DNA of 64,000 bases from Candidatus Kapaibacterium sp. (GTDB lineage Bacteria > Bacteroidota > Ignavibacteria > Kapaibacteriales > UBA2268): contig OY762428.1 in the NCBI GenBank assembly GCA_963665665.1, positions 5,344,001 through 5,408,000 of the forward strand. Direction: 5' to 3'. A program made the translations under genes and the position numbers. Shown here in pieces: positions 49,649 to 59,149 of this stretch (position 1 is its first letter; the number at the start of each line of letters is the position of its first letter). The notes beneath the pieces are model-generated. The model saw nothing but the letters and a program-made list of their open reading frames with translations, did not search any database and was not told the origin of the DNA.

Positions 49649-50989
49649 TTACTCTAAGCCCATAAAATATTGAAGGGCTATCTTTGATAATAAATAATTA
49701 TAAACTGAATTCGTAAGGTTAAGTTGAGCATTCAAATAAGTTGTATTTGCCAGCACATAATCTGTAATATTAGAAGCTCCAACCTTAAACCTTTCGCTTA
49801 TACTTTCAAAATTCATCTCTGAACTTTTTAAAGCTTTGTTAGCTATTTCAAGTTGTTTTTCGCTTGCTTCGAGCGAAATGTATGCGCTTTTTATTGAAGA
49901 CATTACTTCTTTTTCCAGCTTTATTTTCTGGGTTTCTACTTCCGCGTATTGAAGTTTAGCGTTTTCTATAAGATAATTTGTTCTGAAATTGTTGAAAATC
50001 GGAACTGAAAGAGATAAACCAAGGTAGGCCCTTCCGTTATCAGGAATCTGATTCATCTCGGTGCCACTGGAATTCCAGCTTCCACTTGCATTTAAAGTTG
50101 GGTAATATGAGCTCTTTGCAGTACTTATCCCATCATCAGCAGCCAATTGGCTATAATCCAATGAAGTTAAATCAAGGCGATTTTTTAATCCTGTATTGAT
50201 ACATGAATTCAAACCGCCGATATCCTTGCGATATTCATCAACTTCTTCATTGGAAATCATCGCCGGAACACTTGATTCATCAAAATCAATATCAGATTCC
50301 GGATTAATATTCAGCAGAATTAAAAGTTCCGCCCTTGAGGTTTCAAAATTTCTTTGAGCATTTATTACATTCAATTCTTTATTACTAATTTCGGTTTCCT
50401 GTGTGTAAACATTTGTTACAGGTACAGTTCCAACCTCATATTGTGCCCTGATCATTTCAAGCTGTTTCCTGGAAGCATTCAAATCTTTCTCTCTCGTATT
50501 CACGATTTTCATATTTCGTACCACCTCGAAAAATTTAGATTTTACAAGGTATTCAGTCCTGAATATTGTTTGCTCGGTATTCAATTCTTCAGCTTTTAGC
50601 CTGTTCTTTGCGCCACTGTATGTTCCCTCACGGTTAAAACCATCAAAAATAACCCAAGAAAGTGAAGCCTGAACATTAAAAGAATTTGGTGTTTCACCGG
50701 GAAGGGTTATTGTCTGGCCTCCAACAGAAATATTTGAAGCACCTTCCACATTAAGTTTTCGTGAAAAACTTGAGTACAGATTAAGTGATGGCAAATAGTT
50801 GCCGAAACCATTCATTAGCCTTGCTTCGGCAGCAGCCATTTTTGATTCAGTCAGTTGAATGTCAGGATTGTTTTTACGGCTAATTTCAAGGCATTCGTCA
50901 AGAGTCAGAATCTTTCTTCCCGCCATAGTCTGAGCAAATGTTGTTGTTCCAAATAACAAAATTATTAATATTAATATCAGCTTTTTCAT
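49649..50989 (-). CDS. TolC-family outer membrane efflux protein
   Basis: Signal peptide, LTLDECL...NNPD, YLPSL / YYPTL repeats, LSVPIFN, RFKVG. Confidence 0.93.
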   Translation of the reverse strand: MKKLILILIILLFGTTTFAQTMAGRKILTLDECLEISRKNNPDIQLTESKMAAAEARLMNGFGNYLPSLNLYSSFSRKLNVEGASNISVGGQTITLPGETPNSFNVQASLSWVIFDGFNREGTYSGAKNRLKAEELNTEQTIFRTEYLVKSKFFEVVRNMKIVNTREKDLNASRKQLEMIRAQYEVGTVPVTNVYTQETEISNKELNVINAQRNFETSRAELLILLNINPESDIDFDESSVPAMISNEEVDEYRKDIGGLNSCINTGLKNRLDLTSLDYSQLAADDGISTAKSSYYPTLNASGSWNSSGTEMNQIPDNGRAYLGLSLSVPIFNNFRTNYLIENAKLQYAEVETQKIKLEKEVMSSIKSAYISLEASEKQLEIANKALKSSEMNFESISERFKVGASNITDYVLANTTYLNAQLNLTNSVYNYLLSKIALQYFMGLE

Positions 50990-51122
50990 CAAAATCACCC
51001 AACGTTTTTCAAAGATACTTACTATACGGTAACAGGTATGAATAGTTACAATTCCACTTTAACCAAGTCAGCATGAAAATTAATAAAATTTCAAGACTAT
51101 TCAAATCTTAAATGCAATAAAT

Positions 51123-52604
51123 TTAAAATTTATAGTCCTTTACAGCAGATTTTCGTCCCCGTGAGTCAACAGCAATAAACTCAATAACACCCGAAAAATT
51201 TTCATCCACGGTAATTTCAAAAAACTGAAGCCATATAAATTTATCGGCATCCTTCTGGTCATGGCCGAATTTCTCCCGAACTACACCTTTGCCACTGGAC
51301 AATTCTATCTTACAGAAATTATCCGCCCCTCTTAACTTGCCGTAGGACCTTGTAGCAATTCTTATCTTGTTTTCTGAAATTTTCCATGTCCTGACTATTT
51401 CCGGCCCGGAGAAATCCTGTACTTCAATATTATAACTGTCAATAGTTTCATTATCCACAAGCCGGGTTAAAACAAATCTCTTACCTGTGTCCGCAAGCTG
51501 AGGTGTGAAATTTAATTTTCCTCTTTCGGTTTTGCTGACAACCCTGCTGCCCTGGGTCAGTTTCGCTAAGGTCTCCTTATCCTGGAGAAATGGCAGGTTA
51601 GTTTCAATAGAGTATTCAATCCCCGGATAAAGAATAGGATCGAATAGAGGTTTGCTCAGACGCGCAGGAATAACATTGAACTCTGTAGTAAATTCTTTGT
51701 TATCTGCATTACGTATAAAGCTCACAAGAACTTTAATATTACCGGTAAAAGGTGTAATCCCCGATAGAGAAATAGTGTTCTCGGTAAAATCACTGATAAT
51801 AGCAGAGCCGCCATTATTTTCTTTAGTTTGAATAACTTCAGTTTTCGGGAAGCCTTTTAATTGCTTTTTCAGGTTTATACCCGAAACCCAAACCTGATTA
51901 GACCATCTCCTTGAAGCAAGAGCTTTCAATGACACAGCCCAGGGCCTGAGGTTTACTTCTCCTACCGGATATACCGCTGTCTGGTTCAAACCTGTAGGAG
52001 CCTGATTGTCAATCACAATATCAGGTGATGCAGTCAGGCTGTCAATCGTAGAAAACGACTGGCCGGTTTCGTCATTAAGATGAATTACATTCAGGCTGAA
52101 ACGGGTTTTGGCATTAATTTTTCTTTGTTTTTCATTACTGATCCTGATCATTCCGGTAGCAGTCACGTTCACAATGTATGTTTTATTAACTTTTTCATCA
52201 AGAGGTGGTTTCCAATGGAATTCAGCAGCGCTTTGCCCTCCGATTTCTCTTATCCTGAAATATTTAGTAGAAGATCTTTCATCTGATTTTAGCACGATAT
52301 TCCTATTTATCGATTGATCTTCAACTGAAAATTCAAAAACAATATTTTGTGCATTTCCCGAATAAAAAATTGTATTAACAGAATCGATTGAAAATATTTT
52401 ATAATGGCCGGGATTTCCGGTAACTGTACAGTTCAATGTGGTTTTTTCAACATTCAGAACAAATTCCCGGGCAATTGACTGAACTTCCATGCTTTCCTCA
52501 TCCCGGATTTCATCGTCTTTTCCGGGCAATAAAAAGATAAGTGCTGCGAGATACAGCACAAAATAGATCTCTACAGAACCTTTTCTTTTAAGATTAGCCT
52601 TCAT
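51123..52604 (-). CDS. Bitopic membrane protein, putative divergent GldM/PorM
   Basis: Basic N-terminus, single TM segment (IYFVLYLAALIFLL), large beta-rich periplasmic region; overlaps the upstream GldL-like gene. Confidence 0.5.
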   Translation of the reverse strand: MKANLKRKGSVEIYFVLYLAALIFLLPGKDDEIRDEESMEVQSIAREFVLNVEKTTLNCTVTGNPGHYKIFSIDSVNTIFYSGNAQNIVFEFSVEDQSINRNIVLKSDERSSTKYFRIREIGGQSAAEFHWKPPLDEKVNKTYIVNVTATGMIRISNEKQRKINAKTRFSLNVIHLNDETGQSFSTIDSLTASPDIVIDNQAPTGLNQTAVYPVGEVNLRPWAVSLKALASRRWSNQVWVSGINLKKQLKGFPKTEVIQTKENNGGSAIISDFTENTISLSGITPFTGNIKVLVSFIRNADNKEFTTEFNVIPARLSKPLFDPILYPGIEYSIETNLPFLQDKETLAKLTQGSRVVSKTERGKLNFTPQLADTGKRFVLTRLVDNETIDSYNIEVQDFSGPEIVRTWKISENKIRIATRSYGKLRGADNFCKIELSSGKGVVREKFGHDQKDADKFIWLQFFEITVDENFSGVIEFIAVDSRGRKSAVKDYKF

Positions 52605-53379
52605 GGCGGTCAATTTTTTTTGAAAAGATTTTCTCTACTTCTTTCCGGACTGCCAATTCAATTTGTTCTTTCCGGATAATTTCTGCCGACTTATTCAATT
52701 CTTTCACAGTTTCACTGAATTGATTAAGTTTTTCACCTGTTTTATTCATACTATCAAGAAGTTTAGGGTTCGGAGCCACTGCCTGAGCAGTATTATCGGC
52801 AATCTTGCTAATTTCTCCGATCAATTCTTTCTGGTTTGCTATCATTTCACTAAAGGAATTCCCAAGTTCTTCAAGGCGGATCTCTAAAGAAGCAAAGTCA
52901 CGCCCTATCTCACCAATCTCCATCAGCAATTCATTCTCTTCGGATTCTTCGTCGTCCTCCGGTAATTCGTCGTGAGGTGAAAACAGCATTACAATAAATA
53001 GAAACAGAAGCATTAAAGCTTCGAAAATAATACCCATTATAACAATATCATCATTAACAATATCCGAAAACCTTCGAATACCTATCAGAACGAGCAATAC
53101 CGCAGCACCGAAATAAACAAAGGAATTGAATGAAGAATAGTAGAACCTGTTTACAATTTCTTCCATCCAAAGCCAGGTTCCTGAAACAAAACCAAGATGA
53201 TGAAGAATATTTATATCCTCACGGGCATACTTGCTAATTTCTTTATTTTGTACGCATATCCTCCAGGTTACTAAAAGAGTAGCTATTCCGGACATTTGCC
53301 TGCCGAACCTCAAATCTTTAAATAATTTCCTTAGCAGTTTCCTGCCTTCAAGTGATGTAAGAGCATCTATTTTTTTCAT
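52594..53379 (-). CDS. GldL/PorL-like membrane protein with an N-terminal extension
   Basis: YFGAAVLLV...IMGIIFEALMLL...FSP matches the GldL TM pattern (GAAVVI...GLxxEAxIF) including the intramembrane Glu; acidic linker and coiled-coil tail. Confidence 0.65.
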   Translation of the reverse strand: MKKIDALTSLEGRKLLRKLFKDLRFGRQMSGIATLLVTWRICVQNKEISKYAREDINILHHLGFVSGTWLWMEEIVNRFYYSSFNSFVYFGAAVLLVLIGIRRFSDIVNDDIVIMGIIFEALMLLFLFIVMLFSPHDELPEDDEESEENELLMEIGEIGRDFASLEIRLEELGNSFSEMIANQKELIGEISKIADNTAQAVAPNPKLLDSMNKTGEKLNQFSETVKELNKSAEIIRKEQIELAVRKEVEKIFSKKIDRHEG

Positions 53380-53439
53380 TAACAACTCCGATATATTCCT
53401 GTCTTAAGATAATCATCAAATCAAATATCATACCTATTA

Positions 53440-54522
53440 TCAGGTTTTTGTCCTGAAAAGCACAATAATACCGGCAATAAAAAATATCATATTTGCCAGC
53501 CAGCCGAAGAACCAGGGCTCGTAACTCATGGAATAACCTATAGCCTTGCCAATATTCAGAAAAAGCAGGTAGAAAATTGAAATAACCATTGCAGCTCCTA
53601 TTTGCAGAGCAATTCCACCCTTCTTACGAACTGATGCGAATGGAACGCCAAAAAGGATGACGATAAAATTAGCAAAAGGAAAAGCATACTCGCCATAATA
53701 ATCAATCATGTACTTACGAACATCCTTCCCACCCTGCTTCATCAGAGCAATATAATCTCTTAATTCATCAAGATTCATTTCTTTAATTGATTTTTTTAGC
53801 TTAACAATCTGACTATGAGATATTTTCAGGCTCACATACAAAGTATCAAAGGTTTTCGTATCAACCTTATTTTTTGAATATTCACGGCTGATTCCGCCAA
53901 TAAGCATCCAATTATTTGAAACAGTATCCCATTTTATTTTTTGTGCTTCCGTTCTTTTTACGAGCCGTGGAGATAAACCTTCGGTGTAAGTCTCAATACT
54001 GACTTTATTCCCGTATCTTGATTTTGCGTTATAATATCTCATTACAACATTGGTTGTAGGGTTATCCCTGAAATACAAATTATAAATAGGGCCGCCGTGT
54101 TTTCCCTTTTTTAAATATTTGCTTTCTATATCCAGTTTTTTTTCAACTGCTTCAGGAACAATCCATCCGTTGAAATAAAGCTGCCCCAAACTAATTGCCA
54201 GGCTAAAAAAAACGAGTGGGATCATCAACCTGTACAGGCTCATGCCGCCGGATTTCATTGCTGTTATTTCATTTGTTGTGGACATCCTGCCAATTGTAAA
54301 CAAGGTAGATAGCAGGGTGGCTATCGGAGTGATTATTTTGATAATCTCCGGGAATGTATAAATATAATATTCTGCGATCAGCCCGAATGAAGCATCCTGA
54401 TCCAGAAATTCATCGAGGTTTTCGAGCAAATTTACGATCAGATAAATTATGCACAGGGCAAAAAGGGAAAAGAATATCGTCCCGAGAAAATTTTTAATGA
54501 TATATCTGTCAAGAATATTCAT
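53440..54522 (-). CDS. LptF/LptG family LPS export permease
   Basis: ILDRYI, NEITAMKSGGMSLYRL, periplasmic beta domain, AFPFANFIVILFGVPF, WLAN. Confidence 0.93.
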   Translation of the reverse strand: MNILDRYIIKNFLGTIFFSLFALCIIYLIVNLLENLDEFLDQDASFGLIAEYYIYTFPEIIKIITPIATLLSTLFTIGRMSTTNEITAMKSGGMSLYRLMIPLVFFSLAISLGQLYFNGWIVPEAVEKKLDIESKYLKKGKHGGPIYNLYFRDNPTTNVVMRYYNAKSRYGNKVSIETYTEGLSPRLVKRTEAQKIKWDTVSNNWMLIGGISREYSKNKVDTKTFDTLYVSLKISHSQIVKLKKSIKEMNLDELRDYIALMKQGGKDVRKYMIDYYGEYAFPFANFIVILFGVPFASVRKKGGIALQIGAAMVISIFYLLFLNIGKAIGYSMSYEPWFFGWLANMIFFIAGIIVLFRTKT

Positions 54523-54523
54523 A

Positions 54524-55387
54524 TCAGTCCAACCTTGCCCTTGAACTTAGCAAAGCAGTTATAAAAACAATAAGATATTCGAATATAATGGAAATTATAA
54601 AACCGCTTATAAATACAGCACTAATATCAATATTCAGCCATGCAAATTTCTCGCTTCCAAGGCTCCAGAGTATAATAACAAGACACATCCCGAAAGCTAT
54701 TCCGGCCAATGCAGAAAAGAAAATATAAATAACCTGGGGCATCATAGAAAATATTTTCCCTGCGCCAAGAGAGTAATATATTTTTAAATCGTCGTGATAG
54801 TTGTTAAACGTATGCTTTATTGTATTGAAAATTATATAAGTTAAAACAGACAATACAAAAAACAGCGCAACAAGCATTATAGAAGAAGCCCTGTCATTTA
54901 GCTCAAATACGGAATTGATAAAATCATCCCTGAAAAGAACATCTTTTACAAGTTCATACTTACCGATTCGGTCAAGTAATTTACTGAAAGCCAGGCTGTT
55001 TTGTGATTCACGGTTGATATGCAGTGTGGCAGTACCGGGGAACTCTCTTTCAAAAATAAGATTGGTTCCCTGCAGGTCGAACTCCTTAATAAAATCTTTT
55101 GCCGCCTGTTCTGGTGATATTCTTTCTATATCATCAACAAATCCTGTATTCGATATGCTGATCAGAAAATTATTAATCTTTTCTTCTTCGGCATAGGGAT
55201 CAAATACAACCGTAAGGTTGAAATTTTCAGATAAAGATTCCAGTTCGTTTTCAACTGCAAAATATGCTATTACTGACAGTACCGTGCCCAGCCCTACAAT
55301 AGTTGATGCTAAAAAAATACGAACAGTATCAGAAGTGCGTATTCTGAATATTCTTAAAGCAGCGTTAATTATAAATTTAAATCTCAT
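54524..55387 (-). CDS. FtsX-like permease
   Basis: TM1 + periplasmic domain (ISPEQAAKDF) + 3 TM segments; IFNTI...LGA motif; TGATG coupling to the upstream gene. Confidence 0.75.
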   Translation of the reverse strand: MRFKFIINAALRIFRIRTSDTVRIFLASTIVGLGTVLSVIAYFAVENELESLSENFNLTVVFDPYAEEEKINNFLISISNTGFVDDIERISPEQAAKDFIKEFDLQGTNLIFEREFPGTATLHINRESQNSLAFSKLLDRIGKYELVKDVLFRDDFINSVFELNDRASSIMLVALFFVLSVLTYIIFNTIKHTFNNYHDDLKIYYSLGAGKIFSMMPQVIYIFFSALAGIAFGMCLVIILWSLGSEKFAWLNIDISAVFISGFIISIIFEYLIVFITALLSSRARLD

Positions 55388-56688
55388 CACTTTCCGAATT
55401 TTTTTCTAATGAAATTAATTGAATCTCCAAATGCCCTGAAGAAAAGAGATAAAGGAAATTCAAATCGTTTCCTCAACATAAACAGGCCAATAATGCCAAA
55501 AGCATAATAGAAAGAAACAAGCCCCAACGGTGACAATACAGGCTTATTAATATGGCCTGCAACTGCAAAACCGATAAATCCGAAAATAAGGGATAAAACA
55601 GTAATCTGCAATACCTTTTCCGGATGCCCTTGTGCCTGAATTATTACCGGTAAAATTACAAACGGAAAAGCAAGGGCTGCTATCAACAAAATATTAAACT
55701 GCCCTGCTGCCATTGAATACGATGCCGGCAGAAAATTAGCGGTAATAAAGTCTGTAAATCCAAGCCATAATATTATAGCGCCAATAAAAAATGCCGCGAA
55801 CATAAAGGATGATGCTTTGGTGAACAGGTCTATCAGTTCTTTCTTTTTATTTTCATTTATCAATTTAACTGCCACCGGATATATTAGCCCGTATGAAGCG
55901 TTGGTAGCTTCGTCAAATACGCGGAACAGACTTTTTGCAGATCCGTAAACTGCTGTTGTCTCAGTTCCGAAAAATCTCTGGACAACCAGGACATCCAAAG
56001 TTTTCGGCAACGAGTACAAGCCGGAATTAAGCATTACCGGCAAGCCGAATTTCAGCATTTGCTTAAGACGTATGGTTCCGGTAAGCGAAAATTGTAAATC
56101 TTTTTTTGACAATATTATCGAGAATATGGAACTTAGTACCGAACCAGCAAGGAAGATATTTGCAATATCGTCGAAAAGAAAGTCATCAGCGGAAAATATA
56201 ATAATAAACGTGAGAGCAGTCATTGAGCCGAAATGAATAAAATCTGTGATGAAAACTTTTTTCAGGTCTCGGTTTCGGTAGAATATTTTTATGGCAAACA
56301 TCCTGGGAATTGTTATAATAGCAAATATTGGCAGGTAATTAGCTACCAGAATCAATTTTTCTTCATTGAAAATCTCAGCGAACGATTCGTTGAAAAGGAA
56401 GATAAATAGCGATATGCCAAGAGCAATTGCTACGTGAACAGACAAAGCTATGGCATTGGCTTTTTTTCTGCTTTCCTCTTTCATACCAAATTGAATTAGT
56501 CCCTGCAATGCCATTGAATCGCATATTATGAAAATATAATTATTCATCGACAGCAACAGGTAAAATAGCCCCCAGTCCACCTTCGGCAGGTGGTTGATCT
56601 GAAACAATGTGACTAAACCGTAAATAATCAGGATAACCTTATCTGCGGCTGACCATGAAATTTTATCAATATGTTCCTGAATTCTCAT
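55387..56688 (-). CDS. Polysaccharide flippase (Wzx/MOP superfamily)
   Basis: About 12 TM segments; MLKFGLP...LDVLVVQRFFG...AVYG pattern. Confidence 0.82.
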   Translation of the reverse strand: MRIQEHIDKISWSAADKVILIIYGLVTLFQINHLPKVDWGLFYLLLSMNNYIFIICDSMALQGLIQFGMKEESRKKANAIALSVHVAIALGISLFIFLFNESFAEIFNEEKLILVANYLPIFAIITIPRMFAIKIFYRNRDLKKVFITDFIHFGSMTALTFIIIFSADDFLFDDIANIFLAGSVLSSIFSIILSKKDLQFSLTGTIRLKQMLKFGLPVMLNSGLYSLPKTLDVLVVQRFFGTETTAVYGSAKSLFRVFDEATNASYGLIYPVAVKLINENKKKELIDLFTKASSFMFAAFFIGAIILWLGFTDFITANFLPASYSMAAGQFNILLIAALAFPFVILPVIIQAQGHPEKVLQITVLSLIFGFIGFAVAGHINKPVLSPLGLVSFYYAFGIIGLFMLRKRFEFPLSLFFRAFGDSINFIRKKFGK

Positions 56689-58763
56689 TTGTTTAGTTTA
56701 ACTGCCCATTTAATTTTATTTTCAAAGTTTTCAATTACAATTTTCTTTGTCTTTTTTAACAATCCGTAAGACGGGGAATAAAATTCATCAGCAACATTTG
56801 CACTTCCATTGTTGAAGCTGATAAGAAGTTCAATTCCCTCATTTTTCAAAACTATGGAATTTTCGCTTCTGTTCTGAATTATTTCAATATCCGAAGCCAA
56901 AATAAATACAATAGATTTTTGTCCCTCAGCGCTGCACTCGTCCATACCTTCAATTGTTGTATCGGATAGCTTCAAACTTCTTATGTGAGGCTGGCCATAA
57001 CCATTATGTCGTGCTTTTATGCTATTCGGGGTCATCTCATCAATTTTTGAGTATGTTTTTTCTTTCAGCCAGAACAGATCATTCCTGGTATTTCCAAAGG
57101 GATGGTTTTGCTCAATATCATTGATTATCAATGTATTATGCCGGTTAGTCGATCTGAAATAATTGCGTTTCTCATGATATGCTGTATAATTAAATGTACC
57201 CGGATCAATAAATATCTCAATACCCTTAACTGATAAATAGATTGTGAGCTGATCGTTATGAGCGTGGCCTCCCTTCCCTTTTTGCCCTACGGAACCACAG
57301 CGCAATGTACAAAATATTGTTTCATTCCTTAAGATGTAAAGCCCAAAATCCGGGAAATTATTTTTAATCTCCGGTTTGGGAAAGGAATATATACTAATAT
57401 CATCAGAATTGTATATATCTTTGGAATTATAAATATTTATAAAATTTGATTGATACATTTCCAACACTCTGGCATTTGGATTTACCATTTTTACCGGAGG
57501 TAATATTGAAAAGAAATATCCACTGTCGTCATCGCCGATCAGCGGCATATTATTATTTTTATCAAGGATAGAAAAGCTGAATGAAGCAATATCTTGTAAA
57601 ATCGATTTCAATTTTTCGGAAAATATAATCTTAGAATCTGAAACAGATAATCCTGTTTTTTCAATATCAAATATATTTTCTAATTTCTTAATATTATTAA
57701 TACTTAAATTATTAATCATTCTGTAGGTAAATAAAATAATTTCAGCGGCAAGATTGTGATAAGAGCTTGATGCCTCGAAATTTGATCCGTCCGGATTGAA
57801 TTGCCAGGATAATTCGATATATAGTTTTTCAACATAAGTATTTAATATTTCAATTATCTTCTCATCAGCATCAAAATAACAGCAAATAATGATTATTCCG
57901 CAAATATTTGTCAGGTAATGATTTCCCCTCATACCTGAAGACCATTCGTCATTGGAAATTATATGCTCCATGTGGTACAATATACTCTGGCGGAAGGCAA
58001 TATCAATTTCATCTGAAAATCCAAGCCCCTGATTTGCAAATATCTCTCTTGTTATCAGCCAGTTAACAGCCCTGATAGAAACATCCATTGAAGTCATCCA
58101 CTGCGGGCCGAACCGCGGAGGATTGGATATAATGAAATCAATCAGCTGATCCTGAAATTCAATAAAATATCTCTTTTTTTCACTTATATCATCTGATAAA
58201 GCAGCAGCTATTGCTAAGGCAGGCAAATGCTGCATTCGTCCTAATTCCCAGGGAACCTTAATATCCGGGCCTTCAACATGGCCATAGTCAATATCCTTAT
58301 ACCATTGCATGGCATCCCATCTATATCCGATTTTAAAATCAATATGCCAGTCAATAAGCTGGTAGCCATGTGATAGTTTTTCAATTAATCCTGATATTGC
58401 TTTGTAATTTTCCTTGTGAAGTCTATCCTGTAAGAGGTTTGAATTACTAATGTTTGCATTTGCTCCTATATTCTTTCTCAAACATAGTTCAACCGGGCCG
58501 GATCCGAGAAAATCAAATACATGCCTGCATGATTGATCAGCATAATCAATTACTTCATCTCTAAGATTTATTTTGTAATCAGGATTGAAATTTGAATTAG
58601 TAATTTCAGGAGGATTAGCATCAAAGTTATATGTTGATGAGTTTAAATCTTTTTTTCTTGATGAGTTATCTTTAATAACTGAGGAAACCTTTTTAAAAGC
58701 TTTCCTAAAAGCAACCCCCGGCGAAACTGACACTGCCTGCGATATTAATGATTTTAAACTCAA
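56685..58763 (-). CDS. Heparinase II/III family protein (polysaccharide biosynthesis-associated)
   Basis: DWHIDFK, DIKVPWELGRMQH, GNHY, DGSNFEASSSYH, GHAHNDQL, IDPGT..YT, RST..HNT; TTG start. Confidence 0.9.
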   Translation of the reverse strand: MSLKSLISQAVSVSPGVAFRKAFKKVSSVIKDNSSRKKDLNSSTYNFDANPPEITNSNFNPDYKINLRDEVIDYADQSCRHVFDFLGSGPVELCLRKNIGANANISNSNLLQDRLHKENYKAISGLIEKLSHGYQLIDWHIDFKIGYRWDAMQWYKDIDYGHVEGPDIKVPWELGRMQHLPALAIAAALSDDISEKKRYFIEFQDQLIDFIISNPPRFGPQWMTSMDVSIRAVNWLITREIFANQGLGFSDEIDIAFRQSILYHMEHIISNDEWSSGMRGNHYLTNICGIIIICCYFDADEKIIEILNTYVEKLYIELSWQFNPDGSNFEASSSYHNLAAEIILFTYRMINNLSINNIKKLENIFDIEKTGLSVSDSKIIFSEKLKSILQDIASFSFSILDKNNNMPLIGDDDSGYFFSILPPVKMVNPNARVLEMYQSNFINIYNSKDIYNSDDISIYSFPKPEIKNNFPDFGLYILRNETIFCTLRCGSVGQKGKGGHAHNDQLTIYLSVKGIEIFIDPGTFNYTAYHEKRNYFRSTNRHNTLIINDIEQNHPFGNTRNDLFWLKEKTYSKIDEMTPNSIKARHNGYGQPHIRSLKLSDTTIEGMDECSAEGQKSIVFILASDIEIIQNRSENSIVLKNEGIELLISFNNGSANVADEFYSPSYGLLKKTKKIVIENFENKIKWAVKLNK

Positions 58764-58885
58764 TACTCTCTTCGATATTAAAATTACAATAAACGTAAAG
58801 ATAAAGGATTTTTTAAAATTATTTCGTAATTTATCAGTCTAATAGAAAAGTTTTTTGTTATTTATTCTAATTACAAGGTTAATCA

Positions 58886-59071
58886 ATGGAAATTAAGAAA
58901 CCAACAAGCAAAGACATCCATGACTACGAAATACTGATCCGCAGAACCGGAGTTGAAGAATATTCATCTTATTGTCCTCAGCTTAATTATATGATTAAAG
59001 GAACAGTACACGAAGAAGTACAGGATCAGATGACCGATTACGTAAAGAAATACATTGATTCTCTGAACTAA
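58886..59071 (+). CDS. Small HicB-like (partial RNase H fold) protein
   Basis: YEILI...YSSYCPQL....GxxxEEV pattern; AAGG upstream; terminator downstream. Confidence 0.6.
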   Translation: MEIKKPTSKDIHDYEILIRRTGVEEYSSYCPQLNYMIKGTVHEEVQDQMTDYVKKYIDSLN

Positions 59072-59089
59072 GAAATCAGTTAAAAATAG

Positions 59090-59126
59090 AATAAAGCCGG
59101 AAACTATGTGTGGTTCCGGCTTTATT
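59090..59126. terminator. Bidirectional terminator
   Basis: AATAAAGCCGGAA / TTCCGGCTTTATT. Confidence 0.8.
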
Positions 59127-59149
59127 TATTTGGTCTTATTATTTCAGGA

